64,000 nucleotides of DNA from Eledone cirrhosa (taxonomy: Eukaryota). The position numbers were made by a program, and so were the translations under genes. Under the pieces are notes generated by a model. It was not told where the DNA came from, searched no databases, and was given only the letters and a program-made list of their open reading frames with translations. The DNA lies in the NCBI GenBank assembly GCA_964016885.1, contig OZ024741.1, positions 90,148,001 through 90,212,000 on the forward strand, in the 5' to 3' direction. Below, one piece after another: positions 39,717-54,355 of this stretch (its first letter is position 1; every line of letters starts with the position of its first letter).

Positions 39717-40757
39717 GCATATATATTCTTTAGCCTCAGCGGGTGTGTTCTAGCAGTAAATTTCGCTATAGACACGTGATTTTCTCCAAGGGAGGTAACC
39801 CCCGTTTTGGCGGTGAATTCGAAATTTGAGACAAAGGAATGAAATTCCCTTAGACAAACCGAATTAAGCACTCAACCAGGAGTTATCAAACAAACATAAA
39901 CAATTAATCAATCAATAGAATTGTCTAATTAAATTAATCAGTTAATCGTTAATTCTAGGAGTTAAAATACAAATTTTAGTACAGCATTAACGAAGCTTTA
40001 GGCTGCGGCTAAGCTAACGAATGCAAATTCGGAATGTAGATTTAGCACTCGATAGATAATAATACCCCAGAGTAATAACAATACGTTTAGACAGCTTTGC
40101 AAATCAAATATACCGATCGGCAGTCCAGTCGCATTGCCATAGCAACGAAAATGGTTGGACTCAGGAAAAGAATTTAGACTGACCTGGGCCATTGCGCGGA
40201 GACCGAATGCAATATATATTGCATATCATATCGTATAGTATACGACATATATATATAAGTACATATACACCACATTTATATATATATATACTTCCACTCA
40301 CTCACTCTCTGCTTCTCCCCCTCTCAGTTCCTCCCGTTTGGCCTGTGTGGGGTCCTTTCTCAGTCACACCTCACCCATGTCGGATGGTCTGTATATCTCT
40401 CTCTCGCCCATGAAATTCACCCAGATTAAACTGAATAGATATTCCGTTGCAATACCATGTTTGTTTGTTTACTTGTCTCGCTCGCTTTACGCTATATTAC
40501 TTGTCCCAATAGCTTTATTTAGCTATTGCTCGCACCAACTAGAGGTATATGATTTTTAAAGCGATGAAATACCAATGAAAGTTGGAAAATCACTGATGAA
40601 GGACTAATTTTATTCATATGTAACCCATGTGCAACCACGCAGCACTCAATTCTTCTCATATTTATATATATATATATATATATATATAAGTACATATAAA
40701 CCCGTAGAGCAAATTATAAAGGCAATCAAACTATGAGTAAATGTATACTTTAATCTG

Positions 40758-40883
<126 letters not shown>

Positions 40884-41079
40884 TAAATAAATAAATAAAT
40901 AGAAAGAATGGTGGATGGGCGGGAGGCGTTATCTAATATGTATGTGTGCCTATACTCCTGCCCTCAGAAATGCAGTGGATCAGTGATTTAGCCGTTGGAT
41001 TCGTGTAACCAACGACGCCATTGTTGCGATTTACTAAATATATTTTCAAGATTTGAACATCTATAATCATCACTATTGC

Positions 41080-41146
<67 letters not shown>

Positions 41147-41388
41147 GACATATATATATATATATATATAGACATATATATATATATATAGACATATATA
41201 TATATAGAGAGAGAGAGACATATATATATATATATAGAGAGAGAGAGACATATATATATATATATATATATAGACATATATATATATATAACGAAGGAAA
41301 TGTGGTAAGGAACCAGGTGGACCATAACGCACCAAAGTACTCAACACACATATATATATACATATACATATATATATATATATATATA

Positions 41389-41430
<42 letters not shown>

Positions 41431-41443
41431 TATATATATATAG

Positions 41444-41476
<33 letters not shown>

Positions 41477-41477
41477 C

Positions 41478-41518
<41 letters not shown>

Positions 41519-41538
41519 CATATATATATATATATATA

Positions 41539-41584
<46 letters not shown>

Positions 41585-41610
41585 TATATAGACATATATA
41601 TATATATATG

Positions 41611-41654
<44 letters not shown>

Positions 41655-41680
41655 TATATAGACATATATATATATATATG

Positions 41681-41734
<54 letters not shown>

Positions 41735-41760
41735 TATATAGACATATATATATATATATG

Positions 41761-41800
<40 letters not shown>

Positions 41801-41880
41801 TATATATATATATATATATATGTCTCTATATATATATATATATATATATATAGACATATATATATATATATATATATATA

Positions 41881-41916
<36 letters not shown>

Positions 41917-42082
41917 TATATATATATATATATATAGACATATATATATATATAGACATATATATATATATATATATATAGACATATATATATATATAGA
42001 CATATATATATATATATAGACATATATATATATATATAGACATATATATAGACATATATATATATATATATATATAGACATA

Positions 42083-42113
<31 letters not shown>

Positions 42114-42267
42114 ATATAGATATAGATATAGATATAGATATATATAGATATAGATATAGATAGATATATATATATAGATAGATATATATATATATATATA
42201 GATAGATATATAGATATATATATATATATATATATATAGATATATATAGATAGATATATATAGATAT

Positions 42268-42300
<33 letters not shown>

Positions 42301-42671
42301 TATATATATAGATATATATAGATATATATATATATAGATATATATAGACATATATATATATAGACATATATATATATAGATAGATATATATAGACATATA
42401 TATATATAGATAGATATATATAGACATATATATATATAGATATATATATATATAGATAGATATATATAGACATATATATATATAGATATATATATATAGA
42501 TATATATATATAGATATATATATATATATATAGATATATATATATATATATATATATATAGATATATATATATAGATATATATATATATATATATATAGA
42601 TATATATATATAGATATATATAGATATATATATATATATATATAGACATATATATATATAGACATATAGAT

Positions 42672-42704
<33 letters not shown>

Positions 42705-42980
42705 TATATATATATATATATATATAGACATATATATATATAGACATATATATATATAGATATAGATATATATATATATATATATATAGACATATATATA
42801 TATAGACATATATATATATAGATATAGACATATATATATATAGACATATAGATATATATATATATATATATAGATATATATATAGATATATATAGACATA
42901 TATATATATAGATATAGACATATATATATATAGATATATATATATATATATATAGACATATATATATATATATATATATA

Positions 42981-43016
<36 letters not shown>

Positions 43017-43419
43017 TATATATATATAGACATATATATATATATATATATATATAGACATATATATATATATATAGACATATATATATATAGACATATA
43101 TATATATATATATATATAGACATATATATATATATAGACATATATATATATATAGACATATATATATATAGACATATATATATATATATATATATAGACA
43201 TATATATATATATATAGACATATATATATATAGACATATATATATATATATATATATAGACATATATATATATATATAGACATATATATATATAGACATA
43301 TATATATATATATATATATATAGACATATATATATATATATAGACATATATATATATAGACATATATATATATATAGAGAGAGATATATATATATAGAGA
43401 GACATATATATATATATAT

Positions 43420-43487
<68 letters not shown>
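41080..43487. repeat. ~2.4-kb (TA)n array punctuated by GAC/GA, ending in (GA)n
   Basis: Directly visible. Confidence 0.97.
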
Positions 43488-43489
<2 letters not shown>

Positions 43490-44401
43490 TATGAATAAGT
43501 AATGAATACAAATATAAAATTTCTATCCCAATATTTTTTTCTATTTATTTTCAATCTGGTATCTATAACATCGTGTATAATGGAGAGGAAATTGACGGCC
43601 GGAAATAACGTTGGCATTTAGGTTTCAACTCAGCTAGTTTTATTCCCTAATATATCCCTACATTACATTTTATTATGATCAATTTGGTGCTAGAAACTGG
43701 CTCTTTTACAGTAAGTACTACACTGAATTATACATTTACTCAAAGTTTGATTGCTTTTACAATTTTTCTTACTTAGATTTTTTTCAGTTCATGGTTTAAG
43801 GCGGGGGTTCGCGAACTTTTAAAATGAAGTGCCATATAAGAATGTTGTAATTGTCGAATTGAAAAGAATTTCTATATTTTAGTATTCATTTCAAAATTAT
43901 TTCCATTCAAGCAAATTATTATTTAGTCTCCCATCTAATTCTGCCTAAGGGGGCGAATTGGTAGAGCAGTTAAAATGTCGAATGGAATACTTTGTGGTAT
44001 TCGTTCCAGCTCAGAGTCCAAATCTCGCTAAAGTTAACTTTGCCTTTCATCTTTTCGAAGTCGATAAAAGCGTACCAGATCAGTTATGGATACAAAATAA
44101 ACTTTATCCATCATCTTGTTTTTTTTACAGTACTCGGAAACTCCTGATGGAATCGTAGGGGCGCCATAGTAACATATGGCTTTTCTAGTGCAATTTTAAA
44201 ACCGGGCGGAGTCCATCTCCTCTCCAGGTCTGAACACAGCCAATCTTAGAGAATGAGATTGAGTAATAGAGAGGAAATGAGAAAGAATCGATCTCAGTAC
44301 TTAACTGGTACTTTCTTTTATCGACCTCGAAAGGATGAAAGAATAGAAGACCTCGGTGGGATTTGAACTCAGCACGCAGAGACGAAGCTGCTAACTCGCT
44401 A

Positions 44402-44462
<61 letters not shown>

Positions 44463-44526
44463 TAAAATAACAGATTAAAGTTTAAGCAAAGAATCGCTGC
44501 TTTCACCCTTAACGGGATCTTCTGAA

Positions 44527-44898
44527 ACTATATATATGTAAAGTTGTAGTTCCTGTTTGTTTGTTTGTTTGTTTGTTCAAGAACTCCTCCTATGGTTTTG
44601 GAGATAGACCCCATAACCATATATATATTCTGAAACTACATTGCCCAGGGTACTTGGATAAGTATATTTCATTTTAATCAAATGGTTCCCCGGGGGCACA
44701 AACACCCGCTGAAACTCTTTTCCCTTCGATTTATATGAAATTTAAACCATAGGCAAATGACAAGATATGATGCCTATTAACAAAATTTCAGCAAATTTCA
44801 ATAATATTAAGACACCCTAATGGAGTTTTTCTCCACAAATTATATCACTGATTTAAAATCAATCATCATTTTTTTACAATGCGCGGGTAATTCGGCTA

Positions 44899-44899
<1 letters not shown>
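44527..44899 (+). mobile_element. Probable short non-autonomous Helitron
   Basis: Begins CTATATATATGTAAAG followed by (GTTT)n and ends GCGCGGGTAATTCGGCTAG|T. The left arm of the terminal hairpin is degenerate. Confidence 0.55.
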
Positions 44900-44944
<45 letters not shown>

Positions 44945-44947
<3 letters not shown>

Positions 44948-45309
44948 GGGTGAAGGGTCCGTGCATGCAACGCATGCAGTGCATGCGTTATAGAATCTTG
45001 AGTTGATCAATTGCGTCGGTTGAAGCAAGCAGAATTTTGGCTGCTTACTAAAACGTATAGACACAAAAAAGATAACGCACACACATACACACATACACAT
45101 GACAGCTTTGGGGCAAGCAGAATTTTGACTGCTTACTAAATCGTAGACACATAAAAAGATAACACATACACATACTAGATAACACTACATGCGGCTTTGA
45201 CCGGGAGGGTTATTTAGAGGGAATTGGCGGGGGGGGGGGGCTGCACAGCCCCACTCCGCCATGGTGATTGGACTGCATGCCCTGCTTTCCAGGTTACCCT
45301 TCGCCACTG
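44945..45309. mobile_element. TIR element (MITE) inserted in (TA)n
   Basis: caggggtgaagggt ... acccttcgccactg (12/14 complementary). Internal ~60-bp duplication at 45023-45090 / 45111-45172. Confidence 0.7.
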
Positions 45310-46244
45310 ATATATATATATAATGGGCTTCTGCAGTTTTCACCTACAAAATTTCACTCACGAGGCATGGATGACTCAAGGCCATAGTTGAAGATACATG
45401 AACATGGCACCGCACAGCAGAGTTGCACCCAGTACCACGTTATTACGAAACAAACTCCTTAATCACATCCATGCATCTGACAATGTTTAATATATCCAGT
45501 GAATGGAATTTAGAGAAACTTACTAAAGCAACTCAGCTAAAACACAAGCAAACACATAAACAATAAACATCATAACAAATGAGATATTGTATATTTTAAA
45601 ATAAATTTACAGTTAATTGAAATTGATTACTTGTTCCAAAGTGTAATTATGACATGCTATGTATTGTTGAAGGCGGTGAATTGGCAGAGTCGTCCGAACG
45701 TTGGATAGAATGCTTTGCGGTATTTGTTCCGACTGTACGCTCTGAGCTCAAATCCCGCTGAGGTCAACTTTGCATTTCGTCCTTTTGAATTCAATAAAAA
45801 AGCACTAGTGGGGCTAATTCTTCATCTATACCTCTTTCTCACTTCCTCGTAATCACTCCCTCACCTTCTCTGGAAGATATCGGCTGTGTCCAGACATGGA
45901 GAGGCGATAGGCTCCGTCAGGTTTAAAAAACGCCGTATGTCACTGCGGCGCACCCCACAACTTCACCAAGAATTACGGCTATATACATACATACATTCAA
46001 TGTATACTGAAAAAAAATAATACATAAGATTCTGAGTATTACATAAAAAATTAAACAATGTTAAATAAAGTTTATTTTGTATCATTTGTTGATATGTATG
46101 CAAGAAGTGATAACACAGACATCTTTCCTGCCAGGTTTTAACTTCTAAATTTTATATTTCCGAAATCGGGAGTTGAGATAATTTCTAAACGACTTGATCA
46201 AAGCATTTTAAAATATTATTTCTTCGTACGCAAATACCATTTTA

Positions 46245-46444
46245 CAGACCTGTCAACTCTCCCCATCGGACGGGGAGATCTCCCACTCACTTCAGGATGG
46301 GTGAGATATGTCTCCTCTTGTGAAAATGGGTATAGCTTTCATTATGTAAAATCTCCCCATTTTGCTTTATTTCTTCCCCTTTTGAGGTACCTTTTTTTGC
46401 CATGGTATTCCCCCTTTTTTGGTGTTTAGAGGTTGGCAGGTCCG
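46245..46444. mobile_element. MITE, same family as 30174, opposite orientation
   Basis: TIRs cagacctgtcaac / gttggcaggtccg, with ATTTTA duplicated on both sides. Confidence 0.85.
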
Positions 46445-47041
46445 ATTTTACCGTTTCTTAATTTACGATCCCACATTGGGTCGGTTCTTTGTGTGTGTTA
46501 AACTAATGACTTATAAATCTGGTCTGCCGAGGTTTAAGAACACCAATTAATAGTTTGTTGACATTCTGTTAGATTTCTAACTTTTTTCTTTGTCCGATGA
46601 ACAAAGCGTGAATGATGGCGGCTGTGCTTCAAAATACTATATATTTAATAAGCTTTGTTCTACAGCTTTCAATACTCAAAATGCAATACAGTTTCTTTTA
46701 GTGCTATTTACCAATGTTGTTATATTGCAATATTTTAATTATAATCAGAGTTATATTTATAAACAAGTCAATTTCGTACAAAGTTATTAATTAATTTGTC
46801 AATTAGTAAATTACTGATGAAAAATTATTTTAACGAAAATAAATTACACGAAAAAGGTTTTTCAATCTAATCTCGTGAGGTTTTACTCAAGTGTTGTGGG
46901 GGAATAGATGGTTATTTGCAGCATATATATAGATCTATATATATATACGTGTTTAGTATATTTGTATTTGTTTGCGTGTGTGGAGTTTAATCTGTTAACA
47001 GATGTATATAGTTCTACTTTGTATGTGTGTATGTGTATATA

Positions 47042-47077
<36 letters not shown>

Positions 47078-48568
47078 TGTGCACTAGGTAGAACGTGAGA
47101 CCGTAGGTAAGCGAGATACAGACCCCTGCCTATCTGGGAGGTCTCTGTGGGTGTGTGTGTGTGGAAATGTAATCTGTCGCCCTATCACGTTGTCTTCTTC
47201 CTCTCGCTTCTATGTTTGTCAAGAATATAATTTTGTCGTTATCTTACAGTTCCAGACACAGTGGTGTTTCGTAAAGGTCCTGGTCCGTCATGCGTGTGAG
47301 ATCAAAAATCACACTCAATCTTCTAAACCACGTCTTAACCCTGCACAACAACCACCGATCTGCAATCATTATTGGTATGAGAATGAAGGACGTCATCGGC
47401 CTGCAGCCGTCGAATTAGATAGTCTCTATAAAATAATCTACAGCTATGAATGTATGGACCCATAACACTTGGTGCAGTCGTAGAAGCACCGTCACATCAT
47501 ATGGTGTGTCACAGGAATTTAAAACCTAGCAGAACCCATCCTCTAGAGAAGGTGTGTGTGTGTGTGAGAGAGAGAGAAGAATCTACCCCAGTACTGGACT
47601 AATACAGATGAAGTTGACCTCGGTGGGATTTGAACTCAGAGAGCGCAGAGAGCTTTAACAACTACTGCAAAGCATTCTATACGACGTTTTAACGTCGTAT
47701 AGAATGCTTTGCACTATCTAAATTGAAAATAAAAACAGGATGATCATGGCTGGAGCATTTTTTACCACAGATCTACTTGATCCCAATTGACTGGTAGCTA
47801 AACAAGGATTAAATAATGCAAGGTATATTTGATTGTTGTTTAGTCTAAGATGCAGCATGGTCGGATGATTTAAAAAGTTAATCCCCCGCGTTCAATTTCA
47901 CTCTGTGGAAGTCTGCCGCATGGACTATACCAGTAATTTATAGGGCCGCCCTTATAATACACTGTGCCAAGCTGGTTCTGGATGAGGATTACGTCACGGG
48001 TACACGTGTGTGTATATAACACTCATCCACTTACTCTTTGATTCAATGAATGAGTAAGCATTTTAGTTCAGCCAAAACGACGGAAATCAATTTATTATTA
48101 AACATTATATATGTGTATTGAAATACCATATCGTGACATCATGTGACCACGCCTGGTTACCAACGTAGTGTGTGTGAGAATTGACGCCATGATGTCGTGA
48201 TTTTAAAAGGAATATTAACAAAGAAATCTGTCGTTTGTACAATATATTACTCATATTTGCTATATATCAATTATTGCCTTCAAAATTCTACTCGTTCGAT
48301 TATTGTATTTGATTTCCACGTAGGAAACCTGGTGCCGTGTCTTCTGTCTAAGGTAAGGAGGAATTAGTATTTAAGCCCATCTTACCACACTGACATCTCC
48401 CATTCTACATATTACACACATCCCATGCGCACACCATATACAAGCACCACATACGCACACACATCTCGTACACACGTCATTACAACACATAAACACAAAT
48501 CATGTACACATACACGACATATATATATATCACATATACCACACACCATATACACACAACAGACATCT

Positions 48569-49768
48569 ATACCACATACATACGGGTGAACAAGGGATCT
48601 TCAATGTAGTCACTTGACTGACCGGCTAGAAATACCAACCAAGTCTCCCTAAAATCTGAACTTACTGTCTTCTAAAAGAACACGTTGAATAGTCTTGAGA
48701 TACCAGCACATAAGAACAAAATTGAGTGGACACAACTGGAATGTCTTTGATCATGAGCGATTACCTGAAAAAATTAAAGAAAACAACATAAAATTACACC
48801 ATATACACATACATCCAGCCTCGCAATGGAGGTAGGCATCTGTGTATAAGCGAGCTGGAAAGACGGTTTCGATTACAATTTGAAATCACTTAAAACATCG
48901 TTGTTAATAATGGTTTCTCATATAGGCACAAGGCCAGAACATTTTTTTAAATCGGCCCCAGTGCGTGACTGGTACTTTATTTTATCGATCCCGTAAGGAT
49001 GAAAGGCAAAGTTAACCTCGGCGGGATTTGTACTCGGATCATAAAAGGCTGTAACTCTCTGCTGCAAAGCATAGCGTCCGACCCTCTACCGATACTTCCA
49101 ATCCACAATTTTGACGAGAGAGAGGGAGAGAGAGGAGTCGACACCAGTATTGGACTGGTACTTTATTTAGCGATACCGAAAGGATTAAGGTCAATGTTGC
49201 CTTAGGCGAGATTTGAAATAAGAGAGTCGGAATAAATATCGTGGTGCAATGACTACCAATTTGACGTTTTGTAAATAAAATGCTATTAGAAAAGACGTGA
49301 CTGTAACAAACCCCAATTCCTCTTCTACCTCTCGCTAAAAATTCCCACCTTCCAAAGTGTATTTTTGTGTTAAGTAATCAATAGTAGTATCACTTCTACT
49401 GTCTCTCTCGTTATACTTGTATTCGAAATTTTGACGTTTTCTGACTGCCATCATTCGTTCCTGTCCCCAGATTCATTAGTCAACGCTTTTCTGACAGCTT
49501 TATTTTGTCTGTATTGTAGTTGTTTAATAGATATATGGTGAAAGACTTTCCAGCTGCAATTATCCATTCTTTTATTCGCTCATGATTAAATACATTCCAG
49601 TTGTGACCACACAGTCTTGTTCTTATGTGCAAGTATCCCAATTTTACATTATTCAACGTGTTCTTTTAGAAGAGAGTGAATTTAGATTTTAAGGGGACTT
49701 GGTTGCTATTTCTAGCCGGTCAAGTGACTGCATTGAAGATGGCTTGTTCACTCGTATGTATGTGGTAT
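48569..49768. repeat. Diverged inverted repeat, ~190-bp arms (48569-48760 and 49576-49768)
   Basis: The arms are reverse complements end to end, with shared termini ATACCACATACATAC and TCATGAGCGA. Confidence 0.8.
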
Positions 49769-52700
49769 GTGTATCAAATGACTATAATGCTGTGCAAAAG
49801 TGAATTGTAAAGGTGCTGAACTATAAAGCATGATAATTTATCAAACCAAACTCATGAAATAACCATTTCATGAGTTTGATTGGATAAATTCTTATGCCAC
49901 AGAGAGTGAGAACAGTTATCTAACTTTTGGGGATTCTCTCTTCGTAGAGTCTATATCAGCTCTATATACTCAATCTCGGTTCTACTCGAGAAAGGTTCTC
50001 AGTGTTTTTTCGTCGGCATACGTATTACGTGGCTGTGAAAATTCAATGGGATTCCACCATGTAGGTAGACCACCATATAGCCAGCCATCAGTCGTAATGT
50101 AAATGACAAAAAGTGTATTAATTATTATTATATCAAAATCCAATCACTATAATGTTGTGAAAAAGTGAGTTATAAAGGTGCTAGAATTCTAACAAACTAC
50201 TGATAGGGATAGATATAAGCAGGTTCCAGAAAATAGCATCATTGAGATCTGTAAACATTGTTTGAAGGCGGCGAATCGGCAGAAGTGTTAGAATGTTGGA
50301 TAGAATGCTTTGCGGTATTCGTTCCGGCTCTTTGTGCTCTGAGTTCAAAACCCACCGAAGTCACCTTTGCCTTTCATTCTTTCGGGGTTGATAAATATAT
50401 ACCAGTCCAGTATTTACATCTTCCTCCCGCCGCTCTATCTCTCCTCTGGAAGAGATCGGCTGTGTTAAAAATGCCCATGAAAAGCCATATGTCACGCCCC
50501 AACGACCCTATCAGGTGTTGCGGGTCCATTCATGCATACGTACAAACATGGAGGTAAATATAATGGTTTCTCTATTTTACCCTTGCATTTTCTCACCGCG
50601 ACACGCTTGTTTATCTCCACTTATGCATCTTTCTCTTCCTTAACCTTTCTTCATTTTTAATCTATGAGTTTGTCTGCATGAGCGTGTGCATTTGTGTATA
50701 AGTATTTATGCATGCATGCGTAATTTTATGATTGTGAGTGTGTGTGTGTGTGAGGAATAGTGGGGAGAAAGAGCATGTTTGAGTGGGTTTTATGTGAGAA
50801 CAAGTGTGGGTGTGTTTTGAACACACATTCACACACCACAAATATTGTGTTGCTGTGAGAATGAGAGCAGACATTTATTTTCCCCATCAGCTGGTCGCCA
50901 AAGGACAAATGATGGCGCTAACACGTGGTTTGCTCTAAGGCAGTGCCAAACAAATTGTACTCTACGTAGTCTCACGGTTTGTGAGATGCATGGTTATTTC
51001 AAATCCTAGGTATTTTATGTGTGGACGCAGCATGACCGAATGGTTAAGGAGTTCATTCGCATTCATTAGTTCTCGGGTTCGATCCTACTGAGTGGAATCT
51101 TGGGCAAGTATCATCTACAATGGCTTCGGGTCAACTCACTCTTTGTGAATGAAATTGTATTGAGGGAACCTGTTTGGAAGCCCGTTAGACAGACTGTACC
51201 TGTAATTCAAACGTCCAGCTTGTAATACGCTGCGTCACGCTGAATCTTCCTGACAATTGTGTTATGGGTACACATGTCTATGGAAAGCTCAGCCACTTAC
51301 ACGTTGATTTTATGAGCAGGTTGTTCTGTTGATCGAACAATTGGAACACATCGTCACAGATGACAAAGATTCATCGAGGTGTTTTAAGTGTATGTTTATA
51401 ATTTTGTCCGATTTGGGGGCTTTTGGCTTTTTTTTTATTTTCCTTTGTTTTGGGGGTGTCTGGTTGAAGGAAGAGTTAAACATCGTGATTTAGTTGGAAG
51501 GCTTGTATGTCTCATTTTGTGTTTTTGTCTTCTTTGTGTAAAGGCGGCGAATTATTAGAGCGTCGGATTAAAAATGCATTGGTATTTATTCCGGCTCACT
51601 ACGCTCTGATTTCAAACCGTACCGAGGTCAGTTCGCTCTCTCTTTATCTGTGGAAGAAATCGGGTGTGTTCCAACCCGGAGAGAGACGGGCTTAAAATAT
51701 ACAAAATACGTCGTGTGTCAAGATGGCGCCTTTGTAACTCCACCAAGAGTGATGTGCTTATTTTTCCTTTGGTGGTCGATTTTCGAGAAATGCCAGATAA
51801 GGTAATTTTGCTGCAGTGTGAGTATATTATTTGAAGTTGCTATTGTGACGTGGTGTTTTATTTTTGTTATTCTTGTTTATGATGATGCTAATTGGTCTAT
51901 ATAGGGATTTGTTGTTTATTTTGTGATTTATGTTTGTTAGTTTTCTGTTTTCTAAGGTTTAGTATATTCTTTTGTTATCGCTATATTTAGTTGTTTGACA
52001 CTGAGGGATTTTTTCGTTTCTGTGCAGTTTTGATGTATTGTGTTTAAGGTTGACTCTGGTTTCTATGAGATTTACTATTACTAGTGCGTAATTGTGATTG
52101 TATTTTTTTTAGCCTTATGGAATACGTCTTTTGAATACGTCGTTGGGAGTAGTGGGAATGTAGTAGTTGTTTAGTAGTAGTAGCTGTTATTTTTATTTAT
52201 CCCGTGTGAGTCCTGATTGAACAGATTTAAGATCAAAGATGTTCTAGATACGATCATCCCATCTTTTCATACATAATATTAATATATACACACGATCTAG
52301 ACGGCGAATTGGCAGAGTCGTTAAAAGGTTGGATAGATTGATTTTGCAGTATTCGTTTTGGCTTTCTGCCTTCTGAGTTCAAATCCCGCCGCGTCAACTT
52401 TATTTTTCATCCTTTCGAGATCGATAAATAAATTATCAATCCAATACTGGGATCGATTCTTTCTTCTTTCCACATCGTACAAAGGATGTGTCACTCACCG
52501 CGGCGTTGGAGAGAATAGAGTTTAAGTTTTTCGAGCCCATACAAGTAATCAAGGCCGGTCATGCCATTTATTTATTTACAATCACTCGTAGAGCGGATCC
52601 ATCTATTATGCAGGTCATGTCATTGTTGTTGCTATGAGCACTCCGTCTTAGGTTGTTATCGACAGTAACACCGAGGACTCTAGTTTTATTTGATTACACG

Positions 52701-52890
52701 AAGATTTCTCTCGAGGAAAAAGTATATTGTTGTTTAAGGGCATCCTCTATTCCAACGTGTATATGATATCTGTGCTGGAGCCCTTCCCAAAGTGGGGCAG
52801 AATCTATGTTAAGAAGTTTCTGCCACCGTAGAAACCATGCTGGCTGGGATTAAAGAGATTGTTATCCTTAAGGAAGTGAGTTATTCTTGA

Positions 52891-52945
<55 letters not shown>

Positions 52946-53199
52946 CTCTCTGTCTTTATTTTCCTCTCTCCACATACTCACACCTATATACACACAATGA
53001 GAGAGAGAGAGTGAGAGTGAGAGTGAGAGAGAGAGAGAGAGAGTGAGAGTGAGAGAGAGAGATATGTATTCAGGTATTTGAAATGTCAGTCTAATTTACA
53101 TGCCATGCATTCGTTTGAGACGTGATTTATTGAATAATGAATATTTATGCACAACACAGCACGTATTAGGAAATCAACTGATTCTTGGTTTGTATATAA

Positions 53200-53447
53200 C
53201 GGGGACAGTGGAAGCATTTCTGAATTGAGAGGCGGGCAAATTTGGTCAATTTAGTTGTAATGATTAGTTTAGCTGTTATTATCAAATATCAACCAAGATA
53301 TAAAAAAACTTCGATATGTGATAAACATAACATGTACATAAATTGTGGCGCATATATAAATGTGTGTCTGGGGAGAAAAATATAATTATTGGGGGGTGGG
53401 GGCATGCCTCCCCCTGCTCCCACCCCAACCCCATTTCTACTGCCCTG
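53200..53447. mobile_element. MITE, same family as 16055, with 5-bp TSD TATAA
   Basis: Shared body GTCAATTTAGTTGTA.TGATTAGTTTAGCTGTTATTATCAAATATCAAC, decayed TIRs, TATAA on both flanks. Confidence 0.8.
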
Positions 53448-53502
53448 TATAATAAAAATGGTTATTGTCTATAGTTCTTTTCGTGGACGGAAATGAGGGT
53501 GC

Positions 53503-53549
53503 TTGTCATCTGATGAATAGTCAATGATCTATGAAATTGGTAAAGACAA
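53503..53549 (+). ncRNA. Isolated minimal type I hammerhead ribozyme
   Basis: ttgtcat-CTGATGA-atag(tcaatgat)ctat-GAAA-ttgg-TA-aagacaa. Stem I 6/7 paired, 4-bp stem II. Confidence 0.65.
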
Positions 53550-53649
53550 TCCCGATATTTCAATACTTATTTTAAGGTATCTGATATGAAAAGCAGCAGG
53601 ATAATGTGTGCGTGTGATCTGTATATATACCACTCACTGTTCATGAGTA

Positions 53650-53834
53650 GTCAACCTCGTGGTCCCGACCGACAGGATAGAGAAGACATTTCTCTAGAGG
53701 ATGGCGAGAGAGACGCGCTGGAACAACCACCCCACCTCGCAGAGCTCGCACTTGTGGGTAGCCAACTCAACCCAGACAACAGTGAGTAAGGATGAGGCCC
53801 GGGGGTCAAGAATGCCGGAAGTCTCCACTACCAA
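53650..53834 (-). mobile_element. Second, more decayed CRE-clade 3' fragment
   Basis: Reverse complement encodes LVVETSGILDPRASSLLT...WLFQRVSLAIL and is colinear with 19331-19470. Confidence 0.8.
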
Positions 53835-54169
53835 TATTATTCTGTGTTCTAAGAAAGTAATTATGTATTTACATATGATTGCGTTTTTACTGCGAGGCTT
53901 ATCATTTCAAATGCAGGCATTCTCATATCAAATTCATACCAGAATTTCTAATATACGCTACATTTTGCATAAGTATTTAATATTTAGTTAATCATGGTAT
54001 GCTAATTAGACTGGCCATTTTAGTTTTGGTTAGTGTTTGAAAGAAGTAGCTGTTTGATAGAGTATTCTTCGTGGTTGATAAATAAGGGTACTTGCCAACT
54101 GATGAACAGCCGTTAGTTATACTTTCATACATTTAATGACAATCCAAATAGTTTTCTGTGTTACAGAGT

Positions 54170-54355
54170 AATAATTGTTTCTACTTTTGGCGCAAGGCCA
54201 GCAATTACCCCAGTGCATTACTGGTACTTTATTTTATCGACTCCGTAAGGATGAAAGGCAAAGTTAAACTCAGTGGGGTTTGAAATCAGACCGTAAAGGG
54301 CCGTAACTCTATGCTACAAAGCATGGTGTCCGACACTCTACCGATACTGCCAATA
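54170..54355 (-). mobile_element. Family 1 SINE (further copies ~29240-29348 +, 30850-31010 +, 43948-44090 +, 45670-45815 +, 48908-49110 -, 50265-50410 +, 52300-52460 +, 55842-56055 -, 56905-57125 -)
   Basis: Same B-box and GCCTTTCATCCTT...GATAAAATAAAGTACCAG core. Confidence 0.8.

Noticed and set aside
41684-43617. 500-600 aa ORFs rich in Y/I (also 60939-62898, 10668-11441, 6148-6924, 14857-15686)
   Set aside because: Stop-free translations of (TA)n, (TG)n and (CA)n microsatellites; no protein signal.
51025-51095. tRNA gene (A/B-box-like sequences; also in other SINE heads)
   Set aside because: No complete cloverleaf; it continues into SINE body sequence.
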